Shown here: positions 38,404-47,958 of the stretch, in pieces
How the letters are laid out: each line of letters opens with the position of its first letter
Numbering within the stretch: the stretch's first letter is position 1
NCBI GenBank assembly: GCA_036012755.1
Contig: DASCPX010000127.1
Span: 1-64,000, forward strand
Direction: 5' to 3'
Source of the DNA: Myxococcota bacterium
GTDB lineage: Bacteria > Myxococcota_A > UBA796 > CAJQPC01
Length of the DNA stretch: 64,000 nucleotides
The notes under the pieces: generated by a model
The model's input: the letters and a program-made list of their open reading frames with translations, nothing else
The model's database searches: none
What the model was told of the DNA's origin: nothing
Program-made: the position numbers and the translations under genes

Positions 38404-41400
38404 CTAGAAGACGTCCCGCATACCCAGGGTGATGACCGCACCGAAGGGGTCCGTGGCGCCGGTGAGCTCGCCGATGAGCTCGCTGTCCGAGGCGCCGTAG
38501 TACACGGTACCGGTGTCGGAGATGGTGATGGCGCTGGGGTACCCGTCGATGCTCACGTACTCATCGGTGACGCCGTCACCGTCGAGGTCCGTCGTGCCCT
38601 CGCAGTCCTCGAAGGAGAGGCCGTAGATGCGGCCAGTGCCGCCATCGCAGCGGTCCTCTGCGGGCTCGTAGGTCGAGAAGTACACCGTGCCCGCGTAGAC
38701 CACCGGGTTCCCCGTCAGGCCCTCGCCCGAGCGCAGCTTGTAGTAGCCGTCGTTGCCCTGGCAGTCCAGCGTGGTGGCGACGCTGCAGCTGGACGGCGTC
38801 TCGTCCGTCACCGCGAAGAAGTAGCCGTAGTCGCTGGACTCACGGTCGTAGGGAGAGCCCGTGCCCCAGTAGACACCGAGGCTGCCGTCGGTGTGCCACG
38901 CGGTCGTCGCCGAGTAGTAGACCTCCGGGCGGACGCCCAGATCATCGTTCGGATCGTAGAACTCGCACCACTCCGGATTGTCGGGCTCGCTGATGTCGAT
39001 GATGGCCTTGTACATCCACGTGAAGCCGGGATCGGCGAGGTCGTCCACGCCGTTGTCGCCGTCGCCGTCGACGTCGCCCATGTCCGTCGGTTCGTAGGCC
39101 GTCGTCACCGGGAAGTAGATCACGTCGACATCACCGTCGCTGTTCAAGTCGACCGCTGCCAGGGCGCCGGAGATGTAGGCGTACTCGTAGGTGGCGTCGC
39201 TGTCGACGCCTGACTTCAGCGTGCTCGTGTCGCCCGAGACGCCGCCGTCCTCTGGGTGGCCGTTGCTGCCGTAGTCGTTGTAGTTCACCGCACCGAGCTT
39301 GGTGTCGCCCGAGGTGGCCCAGTGGTCGTCAGCGATGTGCCAGAAGTAGAGGTTGGCCTCTGAGCTCTTGTAGTAATCGGCGTCGGTCGAGTAGGGCACC
39401 GCTCGTCCGCCACCCCAGATGGCGGACCAGGAGTCACCGGGGTTGTTGGTGTCCTCTTGGTTGTAGAGGTTCGCGATGACCGGACGCGAGGTCGTGTAGC
39501 CCATCGCGGCCGGATCGGTCTCGTTGGTCTGCTCCCACAGGTACTCGGGCGCGGTGGGATCAGTGATGTCGAGGGCCAGCGTGACCGGACCACCCTTGCC
39601 CTGCTGCACGACGATCACACGCCGCCACTCGGAGCCATCAGGGGCCTTCTTTCCGTCGCCGTCGTCGTCGATCCAGACGTCCTCGACCACCGGTGAGCCG
39701 TCGAAGAGGAAGGTCCGGCCGTACCACATCATGTCCGTGAGGTTGCCGGCCCAGTCGGCGTTGCTGTGGTCCTCGTACAGGAGGTAGGCGGGAATCCAGG
39801 CCCAGAGCTCCTCGCCAGCCTCGTCGGCGTCTGCCGAGGTGCCGGAGGAGGTGGTCGAGGTGTCGTCGTAGAGCCTGAAGGCATGCAGCATGCCGTCGTT
39901 GGCGGCAATGAACACGACCTGTGGCTGGTCGTCCAGATCCGTCAGGAACGCACGGTAGCTGCTGTCCGCAGTGTAGATGTCGTCACGGTTTCCGGCGATC
40001 ACGGGGATCGAGTGCGGCGAGTCGCCCAGCTTCCACGTCCCGCGCGCCTGGTCGATGTAGCGGTACTCCGAGGTGGGCAGGCCACGCGTGAAGTCCACCA
40101 GCGCCTGCATGTCGTCCTCGTCGACGAGGCCCGCCGAGTCCTTGTCGAGGTTGTAGGCGGAGTCGCTGGTGTCGAAGAAGAGGTCCAGGAAGGTGGTCCC
40201 CAACTTGACCACCGAGTCCGCCATGTCGGCGTCGAAGTCCATGCGCCGCTCGGACTTGCCGTCCGTCTTGAGCGCTGAGGATCCGAGGGACATGGCCTCT
40301 GGGATGAATGTGTAGATGTCCCGCTTGCCGAAGCCGTCCCGGTCCTGCTCGTTGCTCTCTGAGGTGGCGACCGGTCGAGAGACCAGCAGGTCACCGGCGT
40401 CCCACTGGGCCCCGCCGAACTGGGTGTCGCCGTCGTAGACCACCGTGCCGTAGTCCGAAGAGGTCGGGTCGGTGTCGATCTTGTAGGCCCTGACGTGACC
40501 CTCGGCGAGGGGGTTGTCGCCGGAGATCTCGTAGAAGCTGTAGACGATGCGCTCACCGTCGACCGAGAGCGTCGGCGCCGAGCGGCTGTAGTAGCCGCTG
40601 CGGATGTAGCTCATCACCGTGGTGATCCTGCCGAGGATCTCGTCACCGGAGTTGGCGACGGTGTAGATGCCTTCGTTGCTGATCTGGTCGACCGAGTTGC
40701 CGAAGACGGCCTCTGCGATGCTGGAGCCGTCGACCTTGATGGCGATCGTGTGGGTGATGATGTTCTGGTCGCCGTCGAGGTCGGAGCGGTAGTCCCCGTC
40801 ATAGACCTCTGTGACGATGTTGTCGTAGATGCAGTCCGTGTCCGAGCCGGTGGTGATGCCTGTGATCCAGGTGCACTTGATGTCCGGGCTGATGGTCGAG
40901 CCGCCGACGCCACCGTTGTAGTCATCCTTCGGGCGCTGGGCGGTGATGGTGATGATGTGGGTCTCCTGACAGGCCCACTGCACCGGGACGCCGCAGAAGT
41001 CCTCGCCGGTGACGTACGAGGTGGAGGCCCAGGAAGGGCAGGAGTCGGAGGCGTCCTCGCGGTCGATGTAGTCGTTGGCGAGGTCATAGACGACCTCGCC
41101 GAGGTTCCGCGTGTCCGTGCCCGAGCCGGAGACCAGGTCGAGCGCTGCGCTGATCTCCGAGTGTGAGGAGCCCAGGGGTGCGATGGCGACGGGCCAGTTG
41201 TTGCTCGCCCCATCAGAGGTCCCGACGACAGCGAAGTAGGCCCAGTCGTAGTGCTGTGTGAGCTGGTCGATGGCGTCGAGGGCGTCCTCGAGGCAGGTGT
41301 CGGCGGAGCTGGAGGCGCTGTCCCCGCCCGTGTCACCGGAGTCCTCCGCCTCTCCGCAGGCCTCCTCCATCTCGTCGGAGAGATCCAGGACGAAGATGAT

Positions 41401-41550
41401 GTTCGGAGGCGCCGCCTCTGCGTTCGAGAGGAACTCGGAGCCAGCCGAAGACGACGACGCCTGAGCGTGACCCGAGAAGACCAGCGGGATCGCCGCCACC
41501 CCAGCGAGGGACAGGAGGCGAAGCACGGTGTTGTTGCAGGTGTTGTTCAT
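38404..41550 (-). CDS. pilY1: PilY1/PilC-type pilus tip adhesin
   Basis: Signal peptide; PNIIFVLD; WKLGDSPHSIP, AANDGMLHAF, GEELWAWIP, DGSPVVEDV, ALDITDP, DLNSDGDVD, VYFSTY; ATG 41550. Confidence 0.92.
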   Translation of the reverse strand: MNNTCNNTVLRLLSLAGVAAIPLVFSGHAQASSSSAGSEFLSNAEAAPPNIIFVLDLSDEMEEACGEAEDSGDTGGDSASSSADTCLEDALDAIDQLTQHYDWAYFAVVGTSDGASNNWPVAIAPLGSSHSEISAALDLVSGSGTDTRNLGEVVYDLANDYIDREDASDSCPSWASTSYVTGEDFCGVPVQWACQETHIITITAQRPKDDYNGGVGGSTISPDIKCTWITGITTGSDTDCIYDNIVTEVYDGDYRSDLDGDQNIITHTIAIKVDGSSIAEAVFGNSVDQISNEGIYTVANSGDEILGRITTVMSYIRSGYYSRSAPTLSVDGERIVYSFYEISGDNPLAEGHVRAYKIDTDPTSSDYGTVVYDGDTQFGGAQWDAGDLLVSRPVATSESNEQDRDGFGKRDIYTFIPEAMSLGSSALKTDGKSERRMDFDADMADSVVKLGTTFLDLFFDTSDSAYNLDKDSAGLVDEDDMQALVDFTRGLPTSEYRYIDQARGTWKLGDSPHSIPVIAGNRDDIYTADSSYRAFLTDLDDQPQVVFIAANDGMLHAFRLYDDTSTTSSGTSADADEAGEELWAWIPAYLLYEDHSNADWAGNLTDMMWYGRTFLFDGSPVVEDVWIDDDGDGKKAPDGSEWRRVIVVQQGKGGPVTLALDITDPTAPEYLWEQTNETDPAAMGYTTSRPVIANLYNQEDTNNPGDSWSAIWGGGRAVPYSTDADYYKSSEANLYFWHIADDHWATSGDTKLGAVNYNDYGSNGHPEDGGVSGDTSTLKSGVDSDATYEYAYISGALAAVDLNSDGDVDVIYFPVTTAYEPTDMGDVDGDGDNGVDDLADPGFTWMYKAIIDISEPDNPEWCEFYDPNDDLGVRPEVYYSATTAWHTDGSLGVYWGTGSPYDRESSDYGYFFAVTDETPSSCSVATTLDCQGNDGYYKLRSGEGLTGNPVVYAGTVYFSTYEPAEDRCDGGTGRIYGLSFEDCEGTTDLDGDGVTDEYVSIDGYPSAITISDTGTVYYGASDSELIGELTGATDPFGAVITLGMRDVF

Positions 41551-41564
41551 CGTGATCTCCCGAC

Positions 41565-42089
41565 TCATCGGAACTTGCACGGGCCGCTCTCGAGCTTCCT
41601 GTGCGTGGCGACCGACGTCGTGATGGTCTGGTTCTGGTTGGTGCCGCTGCCGTCCACCTGGCGGGCATAGGCCCACATCGCCCAGTAGTCCGAGTGGAAG
41701 CCCTGGTTGCCCTGCTCGGTCGAGTAGCCAGGGGGCGGGTTTCCACACTTCTCGAAGATCGCGTCCACCCAGTAGACGCCCAGGTTCTGGTCGAAGCCGA
41801 TGCCGTCGAACTGGTTGTCGCCCTCGCTCTTCGTCAGCCAGCCAGTGTCAATCTCAGAAGCGGGCATGGTCGAATCGACCGTGAGCTTGAGGCGGGCGTG
41901 GTCCGCGCCGGCGTGAGAGGTCGTGATGAGCATCATGTACTTCTGGTTGTGGTGCGCGATGCGGTGATCGATGCCCGCGGCCGACAGCGTCGATGCTCCG
42001 ATGATGCCGATGATGCCCATCAACAGGAGCGCGACGAGCATGACGTAGCCGCGCCGATCAGAGAGGAGTGGGGACAGTCGCTTGCTCAT
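41565..42089 (-). CDS. pilX: Minor pilin, PilX-like
   Basis: RRG/YVMLVALL prepilin site without Glu5; position before pilY1. Confidence 0.8.
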   Translation of the reverse strand: MSKRLSPLLSDRRGYVMLVALLLMGIIGIIGASTLSAAGIDHRIAHHNQKYMMLITTSHAGADHARLKLTVDSTMPASEIDTGWLTKSEGDNQFDGIGFDQNLGVYWVDAIFEKCGNPPPGYSTEQGNQGFHSDYWAMWAYARQVDGSGTNQNQTITTSVATHRKLESGPCKFR

Positions 42090-43171
42090 GGGGCGTACAT
42101 CACTCGAAGGTTGGCGAAGGTGACGGAGGTCGTGATGGCCCGGCGCCAGAAGTAGTCCTCGGCTTCACCGGAGCGGTTGGCGTTGGCGATGCTGGGAGGC
42201 TGCATCAGGTGGATGGCCTGCGTGTCTTCCTTTCGCGACCGCGCGACCACCGTGTACCGCATCATCCAGACGCTCATGCCCTCCGTGAGGGTCACGTCGT
42301 CGACCCAGACGGTGTCGTCCGTGCAGTCGGTACCCTCGAGGCAGTACTCGATCTGGAGGTCCTCGATGTCATCGACGAGGGGGATGTCGTCCGCGTCGGG
42401 CGTCCCGTCGGCGAAGTCGAAGTCGAGGTCCATCATCAGCACCGGGTGCTCCGGTGAGCCCGGCCCGGTGCCGTTGTCGGTGTTGTCGATGTAGAAGGTG
42501 ACGAGGTTGGCCCGCGAGCAGTGCATGATCGGCGGGAGGTTGCCGTCGCAGCTGTTGGTGTAGTCGGTGTAGGCGGCGTTGCTGGCGACGCCGATGGTGC
42601 CGGCGGTGCCGTCGCCGTCGGCGTTGATGACCCACATCCAGGAGTCCGTACCCACGAGGGACGCGTAGTCCCAGCAGATCAAGAGCTCGCCGGTGGCGTA
42701 CTGCTCGAGCGCGGTCGCGTTGTCCGCGTCATCGACGTCGAACGAGATCTCGCTGGCGGAGCAGTCCTCGAGGACGCCTCCGTCAGTCATCATCTCGACT
42801 GCGGGATCTGCGTAGAGGAAGGTGACGGCGTCCGTCTCGTAGCTGGTGTCCCAAGCGTCCCAGGAGATGACGGCAGGGAAGGAGTCGCCGTTGGAGCTGC
42901 TGCTGCCATCCCACCCCAGCGCGCCGTCGGTGGAGCCGCCCGTGCCGTAGCCGGCCATGCGACCGCTGCGGCTGAGCACGTCAGCGCCGAAGCGCGCGTT
43001 CTGGTTCATGCTCTGCTGCAGGTCCTGGAGCAGGAAGGCCCGAGACTGACTGAAGAACAGCGCGTAGAGGCCCACGACGACGATGACGGAGAGGACGACG
43101 GCGACCATCAACTCGACCATCGTGAAGGCCCTGCGCAGTCCGAAGCCGGTTTCCCGCTGTCGTCCGTTCAT
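42086..43171 (-). CDS. pilW: Minor pilin, PilW-like
   Basis: RRA/FTMVELMV; QNARFG..RMAGYG; LVDDIEDLQIEY; ATG 43171. Confidence 0.88.
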   Translation of the reverse strand: MNGRQRETGFGLRRAFTMVELMVAVVLSVIVVVGLYALFFSQSRAFLLQDLQQSMNQNARFGADVLSRSGRMAGYGTGGSTDGALGWDGSSSSNGDSFPAVISWDAWDTSYETDAVTFLYADPAVEMMTDGGVLEDCSASEISFDVDDADNATALEQYATGELLICWDYASLVGTDSWMWVINADGDGTAGTIGVASNAAYTDYTNSCDGNLPPIMHCSRANLVTFYIDNTDNGTGPGSPEHPVLMMDLDFDFADGTPDADDIPLVDDIEDLQIEYCLEGTDCTDDTVWVDDVTLTEGMSVWMMRYTVVARSRKEDTQAIHLMQPPSIANANRSGEAEDYFWRRAITTSVTFANLRVMYAP

Positions 43172-43692
43172 CCCTGGTCCTTGAACTTGTAGGCGGAGAT
43201 GGTCTGGCCGTGCCAGTTGCCGAAGGCGCTGTCCTCGAAGCTGCACCGGACCCAGACCTGGAGCCACTCATCATCGCCGGTGCTGTCCACGACCTGCCAG
43301 GTCACGTAGTAGGAGGCAGTGGGCATTCCCGCCGTGGTGGACCCATCGTCCTCGTTCAGCGAGTTCACGGCGGTGGGCTGCCCGCCGCCGGACATGGGGT
43401 GGTAGAGCGGCAGCCAGTCGTTCGAGCCCGAAGACGTGGTCGAAAGGCCGTCGGCCAGCCCCGTCCCGATGCGTGAGTTGTCGTCGTCCCAGAGGTGCGC
43501 CATCAGGAGGTCCATCCGGTCCTTCGCCAGGAAGGAGCAGTCCGTGATCTTGCGCGCCATGACGTTGGACCGGATCGCCTGAGCGTGAAAGCCGAACATC
43601 ACGACGAGGGAGAAGCCGAGCAACGCGGTCGCGACGAGCACCTCGACGAGCGTGAAGCCGCGGCGGCTCTGGTGGAAGGGGGCTGTCGTCAT
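43168..43692 (-). CDS. pilV: Minor pilin, PilV-like
   Basis: RRG/FTLVEVLVA; operon position. Confidence 0.82.
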   Translation of the reverse strand: MTTAPFHQSRRGFTLVEVLVATALLGFSLVVMFGFHAQAIRSNVMARKITDCSFLAKDRMDLLMAHLWDDDNSRIGTGLADGLSTTSSGSNDWLPLYHPMSGGGQPTAVNSLNEDDGSTTAGMPTASYYVTWQVVDSTGDDEWLQVWVRCSFEDSAFGNWHGQTISAYKFKDQG

Positions 43693-44361
43693 TCAGTTGC
43701 TCGTGGAGGTGGAGGCGGTGCCTGCGGTGCCGGCGTCGCGTCTCCCGAGTGAAGAGGTCATCGTCGGATTGCCCGACCGCGCGATGCTGAGGACGACCGT
43801 GTCCTCGACATCGTCGTTCAGCGCGTGCTTGTTGATGAGCGTGAGCTCGAGGTAGCCGTTCGGACCGAAGTCGGAGCTCGGGTTCGTGACGGAGCCGAAG
43901 GGAGAAAAGACGATCGCGTCACCGGTGATGCCGCTCCACGGCACCAGCGACACGTCGAGCGCCTCGTCCTGGCCCCCAGCGCTGATCTCGACGGTGCCGA
44001 GCCCGACCTCGTCGTCGGTACCGTCGTCCATCGCGTCGGCGGGGAAGGTCTCCCAGGAGGTGGAGCCGTGGGACTTGTCTCCGACCTGCAGCTTCCACTG
44101 GCCCACGTTGCGGGTCTCCGGGTCCTTCCAGTTCGAGTCCGCGTCCACCAGCAACAGGCGCGTCTCGAGGCCGGTCTCGGCGGCCGTGACACCGAGCTCC
44201 ACGAGGTCCTGGCGGAGGTCCTTGCCCGTCTTGACCATCCGGAACCGCGGCATCATGTCGCGCACGCTCCCGAACCCGATCGCCGCGACCACGCTGACGA
44301 TCACGAGGACGAAGAGGACTTCGACCAGGGTGAAGGCTCGGCGGGGGCGGCTCATCGACAA
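43693..44361 (-). CDS. fimU: Minor pilin, FimT/FimU-like
   Basis: RRA/FTLVEVL; IVFSPFG; first gene of operon; GGAGG RBS. Confidence 0.78.
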   Translation of the reverse strand: MSMSRPRRAFTLVEVLFVLVIVSVVAAIGFGSVRDMMPRFRMVKTGKDLRQDLVELGVTAAETGLETRLLLVDADSNWKDPETRNVGQWKLQVGDKSHGSTSWETFPADAMDDGTDDEVGLGTVEISAGGQDEALDVSLVPWSGITGDAIVFSPFGSVTNPSSDFGPNGYLELTLINKHALNDDVEDTVVLSIARSGNPTMTSSLGRRDAGTAGTASTSTSN

Positions 44362-44401
44362 GGGGTGTCCTCCGGGCGTAGATCGGGGCTCAGCTTTCTA
44401 A

Positions 44402-44417
44402 TGCAAGATCCGATCCA
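44402..44417 (-). promoter_or_regulatory. Sigma-54 (-24/-12) promoter of the minor pilin operon
   Basis: TGGATCGGATCTTGCA = GG-N10-GC with TTGCA, about 40 nt upstream of fimU. Confidence 0.7.
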
Positions 44418-44459
44418 CCTGCTGAGGCCGCAAAACCGCGCGAATCGTGCGATCCGATA

Positions 44460-44491
44460 GGAAAAGATTTCCTGTCTGGGAAAAGATTTCC
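44460..44491. promoter_or_regulatory. Tandem near-palindromic sites, probable enhancer (UAS)
   Basis: GGAAAAGATTTCC at 44460-44472 and 44479-44491; AT-rich in a GC-rich background. Confidence 0.65.
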
Positions 44492-44504
44492 CATCGATCG
44501 TGCG

Positions 44505-45317
44505 TCATCGAGGCCCCGCGGCAGGGCACCACTCCGTGACGACCGAGCGTCTCCTGTGGACCTGCCGCCTCGTCGACGCGGACACGGTCGCGTCGATGCC
44601 CTCCGTATCGGCCTGGTCCAGGGCTCGGTCCGCGGCGGCGAGCCAGGTGAGCACTGGAGGTGCCGTCGCCTCGCAGTCGTTGGCGTCGACGCGTCCAGCG
44701 GTCATCCCGACGAGCACCCGCGCGCGCAGCTCCAGCAACAGCCCACGGAAGCGCAGCTCCTCGATGTCGCCGGAGAGGGCGGCGTCGACCGTGACGAGTG
44801 CGGTGTCCAGGTCTCCGCGCTGCACCTGCACCTCGGCCACGTTGTAGCCGAACTCGCCGGAGCTCGGCTTGCCCGCGAGTGCCTCTTCGAAGCGCCGCAA
44901 GGCGGCCTCCTCGTCGCCCTCCGCGAGGTGCGCGAGCCCGAGCGAGTTGAGCACGCGAGGTTCGCCCGGGGCCTTCTCGAGGGCGTCGTCCAGGTGAGTG
45001 CGGGCGAGCATCGGGTTGCCGTCGGACAAGGCGATGGCGCCCAGTCCGCGGTGGCCCCGAAAGTCATCTGGCGCGAGCCGGACGCAGCGCTTGAAGTACT
45101 CCCGTGCCCGGTCGCGCTGCCCGACCAGGTGGTAGGTCCAGCCGAGGCCGTAGAGGGCGTCGACGTTGTCGGGGTCGTCGTCGAGCACCTCGCGGAAGTC
45201 TGCCTCCGCGCCGGAGTAGTCCCCCGCGCGAAGGGCCACCTCTGCGCGCTCGACGCGGGCCTCGTCGGAACAGACCGGGAGGCACCCGAGCACAGCGAGG
45301 AACCAAAGGCGTCGCAT
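44505..45317 (-). CDS. Exported TPR protein, probable lipoprotein
   Basis: MRRLWFLAVLGC leader; TPRs (ALYGLG, GHRGLG, VLNSLG, FGYNVA). Confidence 0.8.
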   Translation of the reverse strand: MRRLWFLAVLGCLPVCSDEARVERAEVALRAGDYSGAEADFREVLDDDPDNVDALYGLGWTYHLVGQRDRAREYFKRCVRLAPDDFRGHRGLGAIALSDGNPMLARTHLDDALEKAPGEPRVLNSLGLAHLAEGDEEAALRRFEEALAGKPSSGEFGYNVAEVQVQRGDLDTALVTVDAALSGDIEELRFRGLLLELRARVLVGMTAGRVDANDCEATAPPVLTWLAAADRALDQADTEGIDATVSASTRRQVHRRRSVVTEWCPAAGPR

Positions 45318-45332
45318 GGATCTCCCTGGCCC

Positions 45333-46703
45333 CTACTCGCCGAGGCCATAGTCACGGATCTTGTACACCAGCGCCTTGTAGGAGATCTCCAGGAGCTTCG
45401 CAGCCTGCGTGCGGTTTCCGCTGGTGCGCTGCAGCGCCCTGCCGATGAGCTCGCGCTCGAGCTCGGAGGTGCGCCGCTTGATGGAGAGGTCGTCGTCATC
45501 GACCGGGCTACCGCTCGAGACGCCGCGGAGGTGCCCGGGCAGATCCGTGAGATCGAGCGTGTCCCCCTCCGCGAGGAGCACGGCGCGCTCGATCACGTTC
45601 TCCAGCTGCCGCACGTTCCCTGGCCACTCGTTCCGCATGAGCGCCTTCATGGCCGCGGGGTCGATGCGGAGCACGCGCTTGTCGAAGCGCTCGCCGAAGG
45701 CCTCGATGAAGTGGCTCGCGAGGAGCGGAATGTCCGCTGCTCGCTCACGCAGCGGCGGTATGCGCAGGTGGACGACGTTGAGTCGGTAGTAGAGGTCGTC
45801 GCGGAATCGCCCGGCTGCGACCTCGGCCCGGAGGTCCCGCGCGGTCGCCGCGACGACCCGGACCGACACGCTGACGTCCTTGCTCCCCCCTACCCGCCTC
45901 AAGACCTGCTCCTGGAGCACGCGCAGGAGCTTGACCTGGAGCTCGCGGGGCATCTCGCCGACCTCGTCGAGGAGCAGCGTGCCGCCGTCGGCCTGCTCGA
46001 AGAGCCCCGCGTGCTCACGCACGGCGCCGGTGAAGGCACCCCTGACGTGACCGAAGAGCTCGCTCTCGAGGAGGTTGTCGGGGATCGCGCCGCAGTTCAC
46101 GGCGACGAAGGGCTGGTCATGACGGTCGGACAGCGCGTGCACGCTTCGAGCGAGGAGCTCCTTGCCGGAGCCGCTCTCGCCGGTCACGAGCACGGTGCTG
46201 GGGTAGCGCGCCACCTTTCGCACCATCTTCGAGAGATCCTGCATGGCGCGGGACTCGCCGACCATGCCCTCCAGTGTCCGCCCTGCCATGCGGGCTCGAA
46301 GCCGCTGGTTCTCGAGCGCCAGCCGCTCGCGCTCCTCGACCTTCTTCAGGGTGAGCAGGATCTCGTCGGGCTTGAAGGGCTTGTTGATGTAGTCGTAGGC
46401 GCCCTTCTTCATGGCTTCCAGGGCGAGGTCGTTGCTGCCATAGGCTGACATCATGATGGTGTGGACGTGGCGACGGCGCTGTCCGAGCCGCTCCAGGAAG
46501 CCGAGGCCGTCCAGCTTGGGCATGCGCACGTCGCAGAGCACCAGTGAGAGCTCCGACTCGCGCTCCAGGACTTCGAGGGCCTCCGCACCGTTGGTCGCGG
46601 TGATGACGTCGTACCCGCCGCGCCGCAGGATGACGGTCAGCAGGTGCCTCAGCGACTCCTCGTCGTCGACGACCAGCACGCGGCGTTGAGCTTCTGAGCT
46701 CAT
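45333..46703 (-). CDS. Sigma-54-dependent response regulator (NtrC/PilR family)
   Basis: REC (VLVVDDE, CDVRMP), AAA+ [35 protein letters not shown], Fis-type HTH. Confidence 0.96.
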   Translation of the reverse strand: MSSEAQRRVLVVDDEESLRHLLTVILRRGGYDVITATNGAEALEVLERESELSLVLCDVRMPKLDGLGFLERLGQRRRHVHTIMMSAYGSNDLALEAMKKGAYDYINKPFKPDEILLTLKKVEERERLALENQRLRARMAGRTLEGMVGESRAMQDLSKMVRKVARYPSTVLVTGESGSGKELLARSVHALSDRHDQPFVAVNCGAIPDNLLESELFGHVRGAFTGAVREHAGLFEQADGGTLLLDEVGEMPRELQVKLLRVLQEQVLRRVGGSKDVSVSVRVVAATARDLRAEVAAGRFRDDLYYRLNVVHLRIPPLRERAADIPLLASHFIEAFGERFDKRVLRIDPAAMKALMRNEWPGNVRQLENVIERAVLLAEGDTLDLTDLPGHLRGVSSGSPVDDDDLSIKRRTSELERELIGRALQRTSGNRTQAAKLLEISYKALVYKIRDYGLGE

Positions 46704-46709
46704 GCATCG

Positions 46710-46729
46710 ATTCTACTCGCGGGTAGATT
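46710..46729. promoter_or_regulatory. Back-to-back -10 boxes for two divergent, probably leaderless genes
   Basis: TAGAAT (minus, 46715-46710) 6 nt before ATG 46703; TAGATT (plus, 46724-46729) 5 nt before ATG 46735. Confidence 0.55.
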
Positions 46730-46734
46730 CAGCC

Positions 46735-47958
46735 ATGCCTCGCCTGGTCCAACTCGTGCACGGTTACCCCCCCCGAGAGCTCGCCGGGACCGAGATCTAC
46801 ACCCGGCGCGTGACGGAAGGCCTGCGCCGCCGTGGATGGGAGGTGCTGGTCATCGCCTCGACCCGCGCGCCGGGGCGAGACCACGGAACGGTCCACGCGG
46901 AGGGCGGGGTCGCCCGCGTCGTGAACAACCTCCCCTGGCGCCCCCTCGCCCAGATCGAAAGGGACACGCTCGTCGAGGGGCGCGTGCACGGGTTGATGCG
47001 GGACTTCGGCCCCGACCTCGTGCACGTCCAGCACCTGCTCTTCCTCTCCGCACACCTCGAGATGCCCTGTCCCTCCATCGCGACGCTCCACGACGCCTGG
47101 GGCTGGTGCCCGAGGAGCAACCTGCTCTTCGGGGGCCGGGAGCTGTGCCCGGGTCCATCCGAGGAGCGCTGCCCGGACTGCTACGCGCCTCTCTGCAACA
47201 CCTCGTCCGGAGACGAGCGCTTGAGCCGACTCGCTGGGGCAGCGTCCCGCCTGGTCGAGCCCGAGACCCTGCACGCGGCGTGGCGGCGGGTGCCCGCGGT
47301 GTTCAAGGCGATGCGTCCCGGCCACGAGGTCCCCGTCGGCGCGCTGGGACCACGCCAGGAGGCGGTGGCCGGAGCCTTCCAGCGCCTCGACCGACGCCTC
47401 GCGCCCAGTCGCTACCTCGCCGATCTCGCAGCTGACGAGGGCCTGGGCGAGGTCCTCCTCCTCCCCCACGGGGTCGACCCGGGGGCACCGCGCCGCGGTG
47501 GCGAGCCGCCGGTCTTCCTCGGCAGCCTGGTACCTCACAAGGGGGCGCACCTGGTGAACGAGGCGGTCCCGGAGGCCCTGATCTTCGGACCCGCGACCGA
47601 CGCGAGCTACGTCGCCGGGCTGTCCAACCTCCGGGGCCCGGTCCCGAACGAGGAGGTGCCCGACCTGCTCGCCGCGGCCGAGGCGCTGGTCCTCGGGAGC
47701 ACCTGGCCCGAGAACGCGCCGTTGGTCGTCCTCGAAGCTCGGGCCTCGGGTTGCCCGGTGGTCGCGCCGCGCATCGGCGGACTGCCGGAGTCGATCGAAG
47801 ACGGCGTCGACGGCGTGCTCTACGAACCTGGAGACGTAGAGGACCTCCGCCGGGCGATGCGGAGCCTTCGGGAGCGGCCGCACTCCCCTCGCCCGCCGAT
47901 GACCTTCGAGTCCCACCTGGACGGGCTGCTCGAGCACTACGAGGCGGTCCTGACGTGA
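46735..47958 (+). CDS. Glycosyltransferase family 4
   Basis: VHGYPP..AGTEIY, HVQHL, TLHDAWGWCPR, FLGSL..HKG, WPENAPLVVLEA. Confidence 0.92.
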   Translation: MPRLVQLVHGYPPRELAGTEIYTRRVTEGLRRRGWEVLVIASTRAPGRDHGTVHAEGGVARVVNNLPWRPLAQIERDTLVEGRVHGLMRDFGPDLVHVQHLLFLSAHLEMPCPSIATLHDAWGWCPRSNLLFGGRELCPGPSEERCPDCYAPLCNTSSGDERLSRLAGAASRLVEPETLHAAWRRVPAVFKAMRPGHEVPVGALGPRQEAVAGAFQRLDRRLAPSRYLADLAADEGLGEVLLLPHGVDPGAPRRGGEPPVFLGSLVPHKGAHLVNEAVPEALIFGPATDASYVAGLSNLRGPVPNEEVPDLLAAAEALVLGSTWPENAPLVVLEARASGCPVVAPRIGGLPESIEDGVDGVLYEPGDVEDLRRAMRSLRERPHSPRPPMTFESHLDGLLEHYEAVLT

